From Obrimoposthia wandeli (taxonomy: Eukaryota): DNA of 64,000 nt. This document shows, in pieces, positions 9,681 through 21,415 of this stretch. The translations under genes and the position numbers were made by a program. The stretch is taken from assembly GCA_977020255.1 (NCBI GenBank), contig CDROCS010000506.1, forward strand, positions 1,426,001 to 1,490,000, written 5' to 3'. The notes under the pieces were generated by a model, which saw only the letters and a list, made by a program, of their open reading frames with translations, was not told the origin of the DNA and searched no databases. The number at the start of each line of letters is the position of its first letter. The stretch's first letter is position 1.

Positions 9681-12593
9681 ATGCCCTTCCAACTTGGTCA
9701 GCGCTGGATCAGCGATACGGAATCAGAATTAGGATTAGGAACAATAGTTGCCATAGAAGGCAGAATGTTAACGCTATTATTTCCTGCAAGTGGTGAAAAC
9801 CGTTTATATGCTCGTAACGAAGCGCCGATCACGCGTGTAATTTTTAACATTGGTGATCAGGTACTCTCTCATGAAGACTGGAGCTTAACTGTTACTGAAG
9901 TAACTGAAAGCTCAGGTATCATTACCTATATCGGTACACACTTAGATACTGGTGAAGAAGTTACATTACGTGAAACCTTCTTAAACAATTTCATCAAATT
10001 TAATAAACCACAAGATCGTTTATTTGCTGGCCAAATCGACCGTATGGATCGTTTTGTTTTACGCCATCAAACATTGCAACATCAATTTTCTCAACAGCAA
10101 TCGGCATTAAACGGTATCCAAGGCCCACGTGTCAGTTTGATCCCACATCAATTACATATAGCAACTGAAGTTGGTAAACGTCATGCGCCGCGCGTATTAC
10201 TTGCCGATGAAGTTGGTTTAGGTAAAACCATTGAAGCTGGTTTAATCATCCACCAGCAATTAACAGCTGGCCTAGCTAAACGCGTATTAATTCTGGTACC
10301 AGAAACATTACAACACCAATGGTTAGTCGAAATGATGCGCCGCTTTAACCTGCATTTCAGTATCTTTGATGAAGAACGTTGTATCGAATCACTCGCTGAA
10401 GCAGATAATCCATTTGAGACTGAGCAGCTGATCTTATGCAGCCTCGATTTCTTGCGTAAAAAACGCCGTCGCTTTGAACAAGCTGTCGGTGCTGATTGGG
10501 ATTTATTAGTTGTCGATGAAGCCCATCATCTCACTTGGAATGAAACTGAACCAAGTCGTGAATATCAGGTTGTTGAATCATTAGCGCAAAAATCACCCGG
10601 TGTGCTATTGCTCACAGCAACACCTGATCAACTTGGCCATGAAAGCCACTTTGCACGCTTACGTTTATTAGATCCAAACCGTTTCTATGACTATGCAGCA
10701 TTCGTTGCTGAAGAAAATGGCTATGCTGAGATTGCACAAGCAGCACAAGCGCTACTCGATTCATCAGTGGTATCTACTGCAACAGCGGCAACGTTAACGC
10801 AACTACTCAGTGAAACAGATATCTCTGATAAATTGGCTTTAATACAAACATCACCAGATTCAGAAGATGCTCAACAGGCCAAGCAAGCAATCATTAGCCA
10901 ATTACTTGATCGTCATGGTACAGGCCGTTTGTTATTCCGTAACACCCGCGCGGCAATTAAAGGTTTTCCAACCCGTTGCTATAATCCGATACCATTAACG
11001 CTGCCAGAGCAATTTAAAACATCATTAAAAGTTGCACAAATGATGAATGGTTCAGCAAGTTTTGCAGAAGCTGCTCGCCGTGGTCTATACCCTGAAGAGA
11101 TCTTCTTACAGTTTGAAGGTAAAGACGCATCTTGGTGTAGTTTTGATCCACGTGTTGAATGGTTACAAGACTTCTTATTAGCGAACAAAAATGAGAAAGT
11201 ACTCGTTATTGCCGCTAATGCAGAAACTGCAATGTCGATTGAAGAGTCATTACGTGTCAACGAAGGTATCCGTGGTACTGTATTCCATGAAGGCATGTCT
11301 ATTATCGAACGCGATAAAGCAGGTGCTTACTTCGCTCAAGAAGATGCAGGTGCGCAGGTATTACTTTGTTCAGAAATTGGTTCAGAAGGTCGTAACTTCC
11401 AATTTGCGCAACACTTAGTATTATTTGATTTACCACTAAACCCAGACTTACTTGAACAACGTATTGGTCGTCTTGATCGTATTGGTCAAAAGAATGATAT
11501 TAGTATCCACGTACCTTTCTTTATTAATACAGCACAAGACGTATTACAAAACTGGTATCACAATGGCTTAAATGCATTTGAATATACCTGCCCTATCGGC
11601 GGTGATATCTTTGCTGAAGTCAAAGATGAGTTACTTACTCAACTTGCTGCAAAAGAAATCGATCTTAGTGCTACTGAGGCATTAATTACAGATACGCGTA
11701 GTCAATATGATGCATTGAAATTAAAAATGGAAAGTGGTCGCGATCGTTTACTAGAACTTAACTCTAACGGTTTAGGTAAATCAGACGACATCATTACCCA
11801 GTTAAAAATCAATGATGACAGCCCAGTGCTGCCTATTTTCGCGATACGTTTATTCGATGTGATTGGTATTAATCAAGAAGATCGTGGTGAAAACATGTTG
11901 GTATTGAAACCAACAGATCAAATGTTAGTACCAAGTTTACCGCACCTATCTGAAGACGGCATTACGGTAACATTCGATCGTGAAACCGCGCTATCCCGTG
12001 ATGATGTGCACTTCCTTACTTGGGAACACCCGTTAATAGACGCATGTATTGAGCTCATTATGACGTCTGATACCGGTTCAACGGCCGTATCACTATTAAA
12101 AAACCCGGCATTACCTGCAGGCACTATTTTATTAGAACTACTTTATGTAGTAGAAACATCAGCGCCGTCTTATTGCCAGATTAATCGTTTCTTACCAGCA
12201 ACACCTATTCGTCTATTGTTAGATAAAAATTCGAATAATCTTGCGTTAAAGGTCGACTTTGATAGTTTCAATCGTCAGCTTAATGCGATTAACCGCCATG
12301 TAGCAACTAAGCTAGTATCTGCATCTCAAACAATTATTCATGACCTTATCGGTAAATCAACGGCTGTAGCAGAAGACCAAAAGCAAGCAATCACTAACGC
12401 GGCATTAACTACTATGCAGCAACATATGAGTATTGAACTTGAACGTCTGCAAGCATTACAGAAGATCAATCCTAATGTACGTGATGAAGAACTGGCATTT
12501 GTGGAAAAACAAACTGCTGAGTTAACCTCACACATTAATAGTGCGCAACTAAAATTAGACGCTGTACGCTTTATTGTTGTGGCACCAAAATAA
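9681..12593 (+). CDS. rapA: RNA polymerase-associated Swi2/Snf2 ATPase RapA
   Basis: [21 protein letters not shown]-terminus, [32 protein letters not shown] at 9681 preceded by GGAG is preferred over 9645. Confidence 0.97.
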   Translation: MPFQLGQRWISDTESELGLGTIVAIEGRMLTLLFPASGENRLYARNEAPITRVIFNIGDQVLSHEDWSLTVTEVTESSGIITYIGTHLDTGEEVTLRETFLNNFIKFNKPQDRLFAGQIDRMDRFVLRHQTLQHQFSQQQSALNGIQGPRVSLIPHQLHIATEVGKRHAPRVLLADEVGLGKTIEAGLIIHQQLTAGLAKRVLILVPETLQHQWLVEMMRRFNLHFSIFDEERCIESLAEADNPFETEQLILCSLDFLRKKRRRFEQAVGADWDLLVVDEAHHLTWNETEPSREYQVVESLAQKSPGVLLLTATPDQLGHESHFARLRLLDPNRFYDYAAFVAEENGYAEIAQAAQALLDSSVVSTATAATLTQLLSETDISDKLALIQTSPDSEDAQQAKQAIISQLLDRHGTGRLLFRNTRAAIKGFPTRCYNPIPLTLPEQFKTSLKVAQMMNGSASFAEAARRGLYPEEIFLQFEGKDASWCSFDPRVEWLQDFLLANKNEKVLVIAANAETAMSIEESLRVNEGIRGTVFHEGMSIIERDKAGAYFAQEDAGAQVLLCSEIGSEGRNFQFAQHLVLFDLPLNPDLLEQRIGRLDRIGQKNDISIHVPFFINTAQDVLQNWYHNGLNAFEYTCPIGGDIFAEVKDELLTQLAAKEIDLSATEALITDTRSQYDALKLKMESGRDRLLELNSNGLGKSDDIITQLKINDDSPVLPIFAIRLFDVIGINQEDRGENMLVLKPTDQMLVPSLPHLSEDGITVTFDRETALSRDDVHFLTWEHPLIDACIELIMTSDTGSTAVSLLKNPALPAGTILLELLYVVETSAPSYCQINRFLPATPIRLLLDKNSNNLALKVDFDSFNRQLNAINRHVATKLVSASQTIIHDLIGKSTAVAEDQKQAITNAALTTMQQHMSIELERLQALQKINPNVRDEELAFVEKQTAELTSHINSAQLKLDAVRFIVVAPK

Positions 12594-12621
12594 ATAACAT
12601 TCAGCCATAACAATTAATTTT

Positions 12622-12652
12622 AAAGGGGTTAATTTCGATTAACCCCTTTTTA
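12622..12652 (+). terminator. Intrinsic terminator after rapA
   Basis: AGGGGTTAAT-TTCG-ATTAACCCCT followed by a T tract. Confidence 0.85.
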
Positions 12653-12707
12653 TTAAAACCATCATTTAAACCTTAACTAAATATTATTCACTATATGAAA
12701 ATAACCT

Positions 12708-13397
12708 ATGCCTGATTTTATTTATGCGCCACCACAACATCCTCGACTAGATATTCTTTATCAAGATGATGCCATCATTGTATTAAATAAACCGAGTGGA
12801 TTATTAAGCGTACCGGGACGATTACCCGAACACAGCGACAGTATTGCGAGTCGTGTGCAAGAACTGTTTCCGACAGCGGCCATTGTACATCGCTTGGATA
12901 TGTGCACCTCAGGTGTGATCTTAATGGCATTAACGAAAGCCGCGCAAAGCCATATAAGCAGACAGTTCCAGCAACGCTCAACAACCAAGTACTATTACGC
13001 TCGTTTGGAAGGTATTCCAGCAGCAACGAATGGCAGTATTGATTTACCTTTACGTTGTGATTGGCCAAATAGACCAAGACAAATGATTGATTTTATCGAG
13101 GGTAAACCAGCTCTCACCCATTGGCAGGTTATTGCACAACAGCAAGCAAGCGACGACAATAATCAACAAGCCAGTGCGACAGTGTTGCTTAAACCTGTGA
13201 CGGGTCGCTCGCATCAACTACGATTACATATGTTAGCATTAGGCACGCCAATACTCGGTGATGAATTATATGCATCGAAAAAAGGTATCGCAGAAGCAGA
13301 GCATTTACAACTGCATGCTGCAATGCTAGAAATTGAGCATCCTTTATCGTCAGAAAAAATTACATTTAAAGCATGCCCGCCGTTTCCAATCAATTAA
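12708..13397 (+). CDS. rluA: tRNA32/23S-746 pseudouridine synthase RluA
   Basis: NKPSGLLSVPG, HRLD, LRCDWPNRPRQ, TGRSHQLR; rapA-rluA synteny. Confidence 0.93.
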   Translation: MPDFIYAPPQHPRLDILYQDDAIIVLNKPSGLLSVPGRLPEHSDSIASRVQELFPTAAIVHRLDMCTSGVILMALTKAAQSHISRQFQQRSTTKYYYARLEGIPAATNGSIDLPLRCDWPNRPRQMIDFIEGKPALTHWQVIAQQQASDDNNQQASATVLLKPVTGRSHQLRLHMLALGTPILGDELYASKKGIAEAEHLQLHAAMLEIEHPLSSEKITFKACPPFPIN

Positions 13398-13424
13398 TGA
13401 CTATCATTACATTAGGTATATTCA

Positions 13425-14234
13425 ATGTTTAAGGCTCTGGTATTATTATGCTTATCTGTTTTATCGCTACAATTAAATGCCGCGATAAATGATGATGATA
13501 ACGAAAAAAATAACATAGCCCCACCAGTCATCGCCTTCCCGATTTCACAACAGCGTCTATTTGATCAAGACTTAACAAAGTATAGTGACGCCGACGAAGT
13601 CGCTTGGTTAGGTGATAAAGATAATCGTTTCCTTACCTTATGGCGTGAGCAAACAACAGGCCATGTGGTCGGCACAAGTTGGCTATTTGGTGATACCTAT
13701 ACTTCAGCAAACAGCCCTGGCATTATCCAAACACTGCGTAACCAACTCAGTCATAAAGGCTTGCATTCCTATTCTATCTCACCATTAAGCCAAGCTTTAA
13801 ATTCAGAAAAATCAGAAGAACGTTTATTAGCGCAATTACTGATTTTACAAGAAAAAATAGTCAGCCAAGAAGGTAAGCGCCTACTAGTGCTGCAAGGTGA
13901 AAACGGCCAAGCAATCATTAATATCTTAATTAACAATCCTGACATTTATGTCGATGCTATCGTGTTAATCAGTACACACAGCCCTACAACAGCACTGTCT
14001 ACGCAATTAAGTAAGCAGTTACTGGAACTTAAAACACCCATACTCGATTTGTACACACAAACAGATAAACTCGCTGTCATAGCACAAGCGAAAACAAGAA
14101 ATACCGCAGCAAAGCGTGTCAATAAAAGTAACTATAGGCAGGTTGAAGTGATTGGATCACCAGGGCAAGTGGAAACTCAGATAATAACCAGCCAAATAAT
14201 TTATGGCTGGTTATTTACTCAAGGTTGGTATTAA
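13425..14234 (+). CDS. Secreted DUF3530-like alpha/beta-fold protein
   Basis: Signal-peptide-like N-terminus, 269 aa, C-terminal YRQV...IYGWLFTQGW; position next to djlA. Confidence 0.7.
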   Translation: MFKALVLLCLSVLSLQLNAAINDDDNEKNNIAPPVIAFPISQQRLFDQDLTKYSDADEVAWLGDKDNRFLTLWREQTTGHVVGTSWLFGDTYTSANSPGIIQTLRNQLSHKGLHSYSISPLSQALNSEKSEERLLAQLLILQEKIVSQEGKRLLVLQGENGQAIINILINNPDIYVDAIVLISTHSPTTALSTQLSKQLLELKTPILDLYTQTDKLAVIAQAKTRNTAAKRVNKSNYRQVEVIGSPGQVETQIITSQIIYGWLFTQGWY

Positions 14235-15022
14235 CGCATTTTTCTTGATTCTTTCACTACGTCATAAGCACCTTGGATATCTTGGGCTTTCTCTTTCGCA
14301 ATGATCATCATTTCTTCCGGTAAACCTTTCGATACTAATTTATCAGGATGATGCTCATTCATTAACTTACGATAAGCACGCTTAATGGTTTTATCATCAT
14401 CCTCCGCTCTAACACCCAACTGTTGATAAGCATTCGTTAAAGCTTCTTCACGACTCACTTTACTACCATGACGGTGAGAACGTATCTCAGCTTCCATCAT
14501 CTGTAATAAATTATCCATATCCTGTGCGGTAACACCTAATATTCCACCGATACGATGTAATATAACGCGTTCAGCGTCTGACAATTCGTGATCAGCAAAT
14601 GCCGTTTGGATCTGTATTTCCAAAAACATTTTAACCAAATCACGACGTAGTACACTCACACGACGAAAATCACGTACCGTTTGTTCTAATGGAAAATCAG
14701 CTTCTTTACCCTGACTAAATGACACTTGTGCAGCGCGGCGGGTTTCCCCTGTCAACTTCATGCGATCCATTAACTGTGTAGCTACATGAATATCCGCTTC
14801 AGTTACATGACCATCAGCCTTTGCCATGTGCCCCATAACCGAAAATGAAGTATGCAAGAATATATCCTGGCGCTTATGTGCAGCAGGTCGCGTATCAATA
14901 CCAAGCCTAGGACCAAATTGACGCTTTAGTATCGAGCCAACCCAGACCATAAAGACAGCCCCGAAAAAACCACCAAACTTCATACCGATGGCAAACAATA
15001 AAATGTAAAACAACATATTCAT
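14231..15022 (-). CDS. djlA: Co-chaperone DjlA
   Basis: N-terminal TM segment, TerB-like MGHMAKADGHV, C-terminal J domain with HPD. ATG at 15022 preferred to TTG at 15037. Confidence 0.93.
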   Translation of the reverse strand: MNMLFYILLFAIGMKFGGFFGAVFMVWVGSILKRQFGPRLGIDTRPAAHKRQDIFLHTSFSVMGHMAKADGHVTEADIHVATQLMDRMKLTGETRRAAQVSFSQGKEADFPLEQTVRDFRRVSVLRRDLVKMFLEIQIQTAFADHELSDAERVILHRIGGILGVTAQDMDNLLQMMEAEIRSHRHGSKVSREEALTNAYQQLGVRAEDDDKTIKRAYRKLMNEHHPDKLVSKGLPEEMMIIAKEKAQDIQGAYDVVKESRKMR

Positions 15023-15200
15023 AAAAGTAGCTACCAAGCAAAAATGACATATATTTATATAAGGAACGTATTATGGCTGTTTAAAATGTAACAAATCAAT
15101 CAATCTCATGATCTTTTTGCAGGTTTATGGGATAAAAGTAGTCATTAAATGGTCTATCAGGACAATATGGATTATTATATCCAGCTGTTTTTAAATTTTA

Positions 15201-17612
15201 ATGAAATTATCGATGACAAAATGGATTGTTAAAATGCGCCTTTTCACCTTATTTTCCACACTTAGCGGTGTCGTATTCTCAGCTAGCGCAGCCACCATTG
15301 TTACCAATGCAGATGGATCTTCAACGATTGTAAGTGACGCGACAGCCTCACAAGAACAGGCTGAATTATCATTATTTAAACAATGCTTTCCCTATGTACC
15401 ACCTATAAAGCCGCCTATTGAAGACTCAAAAGCAGCTAACGAAATTCAGCTACTATCAAACGATGCTAAGGTTATCCAAGGCAATAAAGCTATTTTCAAT
15501 GGTAATGTGAATTTTACCCAAGGCAATAGAATATTATCTGCCGATGAGATCACGCTGTACCAACTAACTAACATTCTTACCGCAGAAGGTAATGTGATAT
15601 TAGAAGACAGCTCATCAACAGTAAAAGGCCAAGCATTAAAAGCTAATTTGGATACCAAAGATGCAGAGCTATCACAAGTCAATTACCTGCTGCATGGCCA
15701 AGCTGCTAATGGCGAGGCTAAAAAGGTCTATATCACTAATAGCGGTGATAACATTTTAATGCAGCGCTCGACGTATAGTGAATGTCCATTAGGTGATAAT
15801 AGCTGGGTGCTGCGCGCTTCATCGATCAACGTTGATAATGTCGAAGAATCTGCAGAAGCTTACAATGCCACGCTTTATTTTAAAGAAGTACCGATTTTCT
15901 ATATGCCCTATTTTACTTATCCCACTACGGATAAACGTAAATCAGGACTATTATTCCCATCATTTGAAAATTCGTTAGAAAATGGTATTACTTTTTCTCA
16001 GCCTATCTATTGGAATATCGCACCAAACTACGACATGGAAATCGTTCCAACTTACATGTCTGAACGTGGCCTTTACTTGACGAATAAATTTCGTTATTTA
16101 GTTGATGGTCAAAGCGGTAAGCTAAATGTCGAATACCTCGCTAACGATAAGAAAACGAAAACCGACCGTAGTCTTTTTCATTGGAGTCATAATGGTAATT
16201 TCAATGAACATTTAAATCTCAACGCTAGCTACACCCAAGTCAGTGATAACGACTACTTTTCAGATCTTGATGCATCTGCAGGTTCTCGAGATAGTAATAC
16301 ACTACTGCGAACGGCAGCATTGACTTACAATACTGATATGACGTCATCGCAATTTGAAGTCCGTGATTTTCAAATTTTAAGTGACTCGACATCGTCTACA
16401 CCACATAAAGTATTACCTAAAATATCTTTTACAGGCTATAAACAGTTTGATAGTAGCGCTATTGAACTATCGTCTTACAACGAGATCACTAACTTTTCTC
16501 ATTCTGACAAGAATATGTACAGCGGTATAAGAACCCACATCGAGCCTTCAATAACCTTTCCTTACCAGCGCCCAGCTGGTTTTGCGGTTGCCGAATTTAA
16601 ACTACCGATGACTTATTACAGTCAAACATTTAATGAATCAGATAATGGCAATTTCTCGAATGGTTATAAAGGTGATCTAGAAGAACAAGTTGTTCGCGTG
16701 ATACCGACAGCAAGATTTCATGCAGGTTTGAATTTTGAGCGCCCTACATCGTGGTTTGGTCATAACATCACGCAGACACTCGAGCCACAAGTTCAGTATC
16801 TGTATATCCCTTACGAAAACCAAGATAATATCGGTATTTACGATTCATCGACAATTCAACAGGATTTCTTAGGCTTATACCGTGATCGTATCTACAGTGG
16901 TTTAGACCGTATTGCCGATGCGAACCAGTTCACCGTCGGTTTAACCAGTCGTATCTTTGATGATATGGGCAGTGAACGATTCCGTTTTTCGTTAGGTCAA
17001 ATAGTCTATTTTGGTGACAGCCAAGTTGGTATTGCACCAGAAACCGACCCTACGGTAGATAATAGCAAGGTGACGACATCAAGTATCGTCATGGAAACTG
17101 ATGTTAAAATAAGCCATAATTTATTCATCAATAATAGTATCGAATATGCGATCCAAGATGATCTAGTACGCCGTGCCGATGCTGCTATTGAATATCGCTT
17201 CGACAAAGGCCAAAAAATACAACTTAATTACCGCTATGTTGAAAACACCGCATCTATACTAGAAGATGAAAATAGCAGTGTTAACTCTAGAATTAATCAG
17301 ATCGGTTCCAAGTTTGTTTTACCAATTAATAGCCAATGGGATTTCGGCGCCAGTTATTATTACGATGTTGAAAATGAAATAACCCAGGATGCATTCGCAG
17401 GAATTAAATATGAAGATTGCTGCTGGGCAATTCGTCTTGATTATGGCTATCGTCTGAAAAACCATGATATTAATACCGGGGTAACAAAGTTTGATCGTGG
17501 TCCAACCTTAATGTTTGAACTCAAAGGTCTTGGTGGTATTGGCACTGATATGGATAACATTGGCACCTCAAGTCTATTCACCTACGGCGAACCATTCCAA
17601 CTACGTGAATAA
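15201..17612 (+). CDS. lptD: LPS assembly protein LptD
   Basis: KRKSGLLFP, YWNIAPNYD, YSGLDRIADANQ, YEDCCWAI; true start may be the ATG at 15234. Confidence 0.96.
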   Translation: MKLSMTKWIVKMRLFTLFSTLSGVVFSASAATIVTNADGSSTIVSDATASQEQAELSLFKQCFPYVPPIKPPIEDSKAANEIQLLSNDAKVIQGNKAIFNGNVNFTQGNRILSADEITLYQLTNILTAEGNVILEDSSSTVKGQALKANLDTKDAELSQVNYLLHGQAANGEAKKVYITNSGDNILMQRSTYSECPLGDNSWVLRASSINVDNVEESAEAYNATLYFKEVPIFYMPYFTYPTTDKRKSGLLFPSFENSLENGITFSQPIYWNIAPNYDMEIVPTYMSERGLYLTNKFRYLVDGQSGKLNVEYLANDKKTKTDRSLFHWSHNGNFNEHLNLNASYTQVSDNDYFSDLDASAGSRDSNTLLRTAALTYNTDMTSSQFEVRDFQILSDSTSSTPHKVLPKISFTGYKQFDSSAIELSSYNEITNFSHSDKNMYSGIRTHIEPSITFPYQRPAGFAVAEFKLPMTYYSQTFNESDNGNFSNGYKGDLEEQVVRVIPTARFHAGLNFERPTSWFGHNITQTLEPQVQYLYIPYENQDNIGIYDSSTIQQDFLGLYRDRIYSGLDRIADANQFTVGLTSRIFDDMGSERFRFSLGQIVYFGDSQVGIAPETDPTVDNSKVTTSSIVMETDVKISHNLFINNSIEYAIQDDLVRRADAAIEYRFDKGQKIQLNYRYVENTASILEDENSSVNSRINQIGSKFVLPINSQWDFGASYYYDVENEITQDAFAGIKYEDCCWAIRLDYGYRLKNHDINTGVTKFDRGPTLMFELKGLGGIGTDMDNIGTSSLFTYGEPFQLRE

Positions 17613-17844
17613 CGAAGGTGATAACGGCTATAAATAACTCAGTTAACGATAGCCGTTATCCTTCAAACAAGGATTTACCGTCCACGATGATTGCATTGGA
17701 GGTCTGACAAGGTATACTTCCGCTTACTTTTTCACCTCGGTTTCAACGAACTAAACGATCCTCATATCTCCCGTGGTAAAAAAATGATAATTTTCAGCCT
17801 ACTGCTGTCACAGTTATAGTCGATATTGAATAGGAATTCATAAA

Positions 17845-19143
17845 GTGATAAAAAAAATGCTTAAGACTCTGATATCTGGAGTAATAGTGGTAACGAGTTG
17901 GCAAGCACAGGCCGAGCTAACCAAGCTTGATGAAGTGATTGCAATTGTTAATGAAGAAGTTATTTTGGCGAGTGATGTAAACACGCTCACAACCTCAGTT
18001 AAAGCACGGGCAATAAAAGCAGGTCAGACATTGCCCTCAGAAGATGTGCTAACCCAACAAGCATTAGATAAACTTATTATCGATAGTTTACAGCTACAGA
18101 TGGCGAAGAAAATGGGTATGCGTATTAGTAATGCGCAACTTGAAGATACGTTAAGTAATATTGCTAAAGGCAATAAGCAAACCGTTGAGCAACTACGTCA
18201 AAGCGTGATTGCTGATGGGGGTAATTTTAACGAGTATAAAGAAGAAGTACGCACTCAGCTCTTAACCAGTGAAGTACAACGTATGCAAATGCGTCGTCGT
18301 ATTACCATTTCCGATCAAGATGTTGATAATCTACTAGCCATTATTAACGAGCAAGGTCAGAAAAATCTGCAATATCGTGTTAACCATATCATGCTACGCG
18401 TCCCGAACGAGGCTGATACTGCGACCATGGAAAGCTTACAAGCTGAAATTACCGATATACAAACTCAGCTTGATGCGGGCGAGTCATTTTCAACCCTCGC
18501 ATTAGCCGTTTCAGCAGGTCCGAAAGCGCTTGATGGTGGTGATTGGGGCTGGATGAATATCAATGAAATGCCGACCTTATTCGCAGAAGCTGTAACCAAT
18601 GCCAAAAAAGGCGACATCATAGGTCCAATCCGTAGTGCTGCAGGCTTGCACATTATCAAGGTTGCGGATATGCGTGGTGTAGAAACGGTCTTAACAAAAG
18701 AAGTCAACGCACGCCATATCTTGGTTAAACCATCTGTGATCTTAAGTGATGACAAGGCCCAATCATTATTAAATGGTTACTTAGCCCGAATTAAATCTGG
18801 CGATGCTGACTTTGCAGAACTCGCGAAAGCTTATTCTGATGACACAGGTTCAGCGGTCAAAGGCGGTGAACTAGGTTGGGCAGATCCAAGTATCTATGTA
18901 CCGGCATTCAAACTCGCACTGCAAGATTTGAAAAAAGGCGAAATAAGCCCGATATTCCGCTCTAGTCATGGTTGGCACATAGTGCAACTACTTGATAGAC
19001 GTACACAAGATACGACAGAGAAAGCAAATCGCCAAAAAGCATGGCAATTACTGTATAATCGTCGTGCAGCCGAAGAAAGCCAATCTTGGTTAAATGAATT
19101 AAGACAAGAAGCTTATATTCGTATTTTAGATAATGAATCGTAA
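17845..19143 (+). CDS. surA: Periplasmic chaperone/PPIase SurA
   Basis: Two parvulin domains (GGDWGW, ARHILVKP, GGELGW, GWHIVQ). Confidence 0.96.
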   Translation: MIKKMLKTLISGVIVVTSWQAQAELTKLDEVIAIVNEEVILASDVNTLTTSVKARAIKAGQTLPSEDVLTQQALDKLIIDSLQLQMAKKMGMRISNAQLEDTLSNIAKGNKQTVEQLRQSVIADGGNFNEYKEEVRTQLLTSEVQRMQMRRRITISDQDVDNLLAIINEQGQKNLQYRVNHIMLRVPNEADTATMESLQAEITDIQTQLDAGESFSTLALAVSAGPKALDGGDWGWMNINEMPTLFAEAVTNAKKGDIIGPIRSAAGLHIIKVADMRGVETVLTKEVNARHILVKPSVILSDDKAQSLLNGYLARIKSGDADFAELAKAYSDDTGSAVKGGELGWADPSIYVPAFKLALQDLKKGEISPIFRSSHGWHIVQLLDRRTQDTTEKANRQKAWQLLYNRRAAEESQSWLNELRQEAYIRILDNES

Positions 19144-19155
19144 ACAGGTGAAAAT

Positions 19156-20139
19156 GTGACTCATCGTATAGCAATTACTCCAGGTGAGCCTGCAGGTATT
19201 GGCCCAGATCTTGTTCTGGAATTAATGAAGCAAGACTGGCCCGTAGAATTGGTGCTTTGTGCAGACCCTGAGTTAATTTTATCTCGGGCAAAGTTACTTG
19301 GAAAAACAGTTGAATTAATCGCTTATGATCCAAGTGTACCGGCACAACCACAACGCGCTGGCACGTTAACTATCGCACCAATGTCAATGGCTGTATCCGC
19401 AGAACCTGGTAAGCTTGATGAAGCTAATGGGCGCTATGTATTAGATACACTGCAGTATGCCTGTGAAGGTAATATGTCTGCTGAATTTAGCGCTGTTGTC
19501 ACTGGACCTGTTAACAAAGGTATTATTAATAAAGCTGGCGTGTCTTTTAGTGGCCATACCGAGTTTTTTGCCCAGCAATCAGAAACCCCTGATGTGGTGA
19601 TGTTACTGGCAACAACAGGTCTGCGTGTTGCATTAGTAACAACCCATATTCCACTGGCGTATGTAGCCAAAGCAATAACAGAAGAGCGATTGAGTAATAT
19701 CATTCGTATTCTAAATGCCGAGATGAAAAAGAAATTTGGCATTGAAAAACCAAAAATTTATGTATGTGGGCTGAATCCGCATGCAGGCGAAGATGGACAT
19801 CTAGGTCGTGAAGAGATTGAGATTATTTCTCCGACGTTAATGAAACTTCGCGATGAGGGTATGGATTTAACAGGCCCCCTCCCTGCCGATACCTTGTTCC
19901 AACCTAAGTATCTTGATGATGCTGACGTTGTATTAGCAATGTATCACGACCAAGGATTACCGGTATTGAAATCGGTTGGTTTTGGCAGCTCGGTTAATAT
20001 AACCCTGGGCTTACCCTTTATCCGTACATCAGTTGATCACGGTACTGCAATTGAACTTGCAGGTACTGGAACAGCCGACGCCGGCAGTATGTTTACAGCA
20101 GTAAACCAAGCAATAGAAATGGTAGAGAAAAACGCATGA
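19156..20139 (+). CDS. pdxA: 4-hydroxythreonine-4-phosphate dehydrogenase
   Basis: [39 protein letters not shown]. Confidence 0.97.
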   Translation: MTHRIAITPGEPAGIGPDLVLELMKQDWPVELVLCADPELILSRAKLLGKTVELIAYDPSVPAQPQRAGTLTIAPMSMAVSAEPGKLDEANGRYVLDTLQYACEGNMSAEFSAVVTGPVNKGIINKAGVSFSGHTEFFAQQSETPDVVMLLATTGLRVALVTTHIPLAYVAKAITEERLSNIIRILNAEMKKKFGIEKPKIYVCGLNPHAGEDGHLGREEIEIISPTLMKLRDEGMDLTGPLPADTLFQPKYLDDADVVLAMYHDQGLPVLKSVGFGSSVNITLGLPFIRTSVDHGTAIELAGTGTADAGSMFTAVNQAIEMVEKNA

Positions 20140-20954
20140 ACGACAAGGTCCATTTAGGTCACACCGCGAAAAAACGTTTTGGTCAAAACTTTTTACATGA
20201 CGCTTATGTAATTGGTCAAATCGTGGCATCGATTAATCCGCAAAAAGGTCAAAACCTAATTGAAATTGGTCCAGGTTTAGCCGCTCTAACCGAGCCAGTA
20301 GCTGACTGTGTCGATAGAATGACAGTTGTTGAGCTTGATAGAGATCTAGCTGAACGTCTAGCGGTACACCCTGTACTATCTAAGAAATTAGACATTAACC
20401 AAGCAGACGCAATGCGTTTTGATTTCCGTCAGTTAATCAAACCAGACATGAAAATGCGTATTTTTGGTAATCTACCTTACAATATCTCTACGCCATTAAT
20501 GTTCCACTTATTTGAGTTTCATGAAGATATCCAAGATATGCACTTCATGTTACAAAAAGAAGTTGTACAACGTTTAGCTGCAACCCACAACACTAAAAGT
20601 TATGGTCGCCTAACGGTAATGACGCAGTATTTCTGCACAGTTACACCGGTACTTGAAGTAGGTCCTGAAGCATTTAAACCTGCACCAAAAGTTGATTCAG
20701 CTGTTGTTCGTTTAGAACCGCATGCTGTATTACCACACCCAGCGAAAAGTTTTAAAGTACTGAGCCACGTTGTATCAAGTGCTTTTAACCAACGTCGTAA
20801 AACAATTCGTAATAGCTTGAAAAAAGTAATTTCAGTTGCTGATATTGAAGCGCTAGGTATTAATGTTTCTCTACGTCCAGAGAACTTAACGTTAGAAAAT
20901 TACGTGACGATAGCAAACTTTGTTGTTGATAATCCACTGCAAGTAGCGGATTAG
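20136..20954 (+). CDS. rsmA: 16S rRNA dimethyladenosine transferase
   Basis: [21 protein letters not shown]. Confidence 0.97.
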   Translation: MNDKVHLGHTAKKRFGQNFLHDAYVIGQIVASINPQKGQNLIEIGPGLAALTEPVADCVDRMTVVELDRDLAERLAVHPVLSKKLDINQADAMRFDFRQLIKPDMKMRIFGNLPYNISTPLMFHLFEFHEDIQDMHFMLQKEVVQRLAATHNTKSYGRLTVMTQYFCTVTPVLEVGPEAFKPAPKVDSAVVRLEPHAVLPHPAKSFKVLSHVVSSAFNQRRKTIRNSLKKVISVADIEALGINVSLRPENLTLENYVTIANFVVDNPLQVAD

Positions 20955-20967
20955 GCAGCCTGTATCA

Positions 20968-21345
20968 ATGGTTAATATAGCGGATTCATTCACGCTGATC
21001 ATTGATACCGAATATGTCGAAGAAGTATCTGTGCCAATACAGCACAGGTATTTCTTTACTTATACTATTACGATCACTAATCCCCTAAGCCAACCAGTTA
21101 GCTTATCCACGATCCAATTATTACTCACCGATGGTGATGGCACAGTAAGCGAATTACACAATCCTTTTCAAGATAATGATTATGTTATCCCTTCACTACA
21201 AGATTTTTGCTATAGCAATGATATAATTACCCATTCTCCATTGAGTATCGTTCAGGGTAAAATTGAACTAAGACTCAATGTAAGTGAATTAGTTATGATC
21301 ACGGTCGAACCATTTAGGCTTGTCACGCCAAATCTTTTACACTGA
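20968..21345 (+). CDS. apaG: Divergent ApaG/CorD-family protein
   Basis: 125 aa between rsmA and apaH; retains RYFFTYTITITN, TDGDG, QG and FRL..P.LLH but lacks the RxW and GxGVVG signatures. Confidence 0.8.
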   Translation: MVNIADSFTLIIDTEYVEEVSVPIQHRYFFTYTITITNPLSQPVSLSTIQLLLTDGDGTVSELHNPFQDNDYVIPSLQDFCYSNDIITHSPLSIVQGKIELRLNVSELVMITVEPFRLVTPNLLH

Positions 21346-21415
21346 TCGATTACACTAATAAATAGCGCATTAATCCATACTCTTCATTAAATTTAGTCAC
21401 AAAGGTAACTTATAT

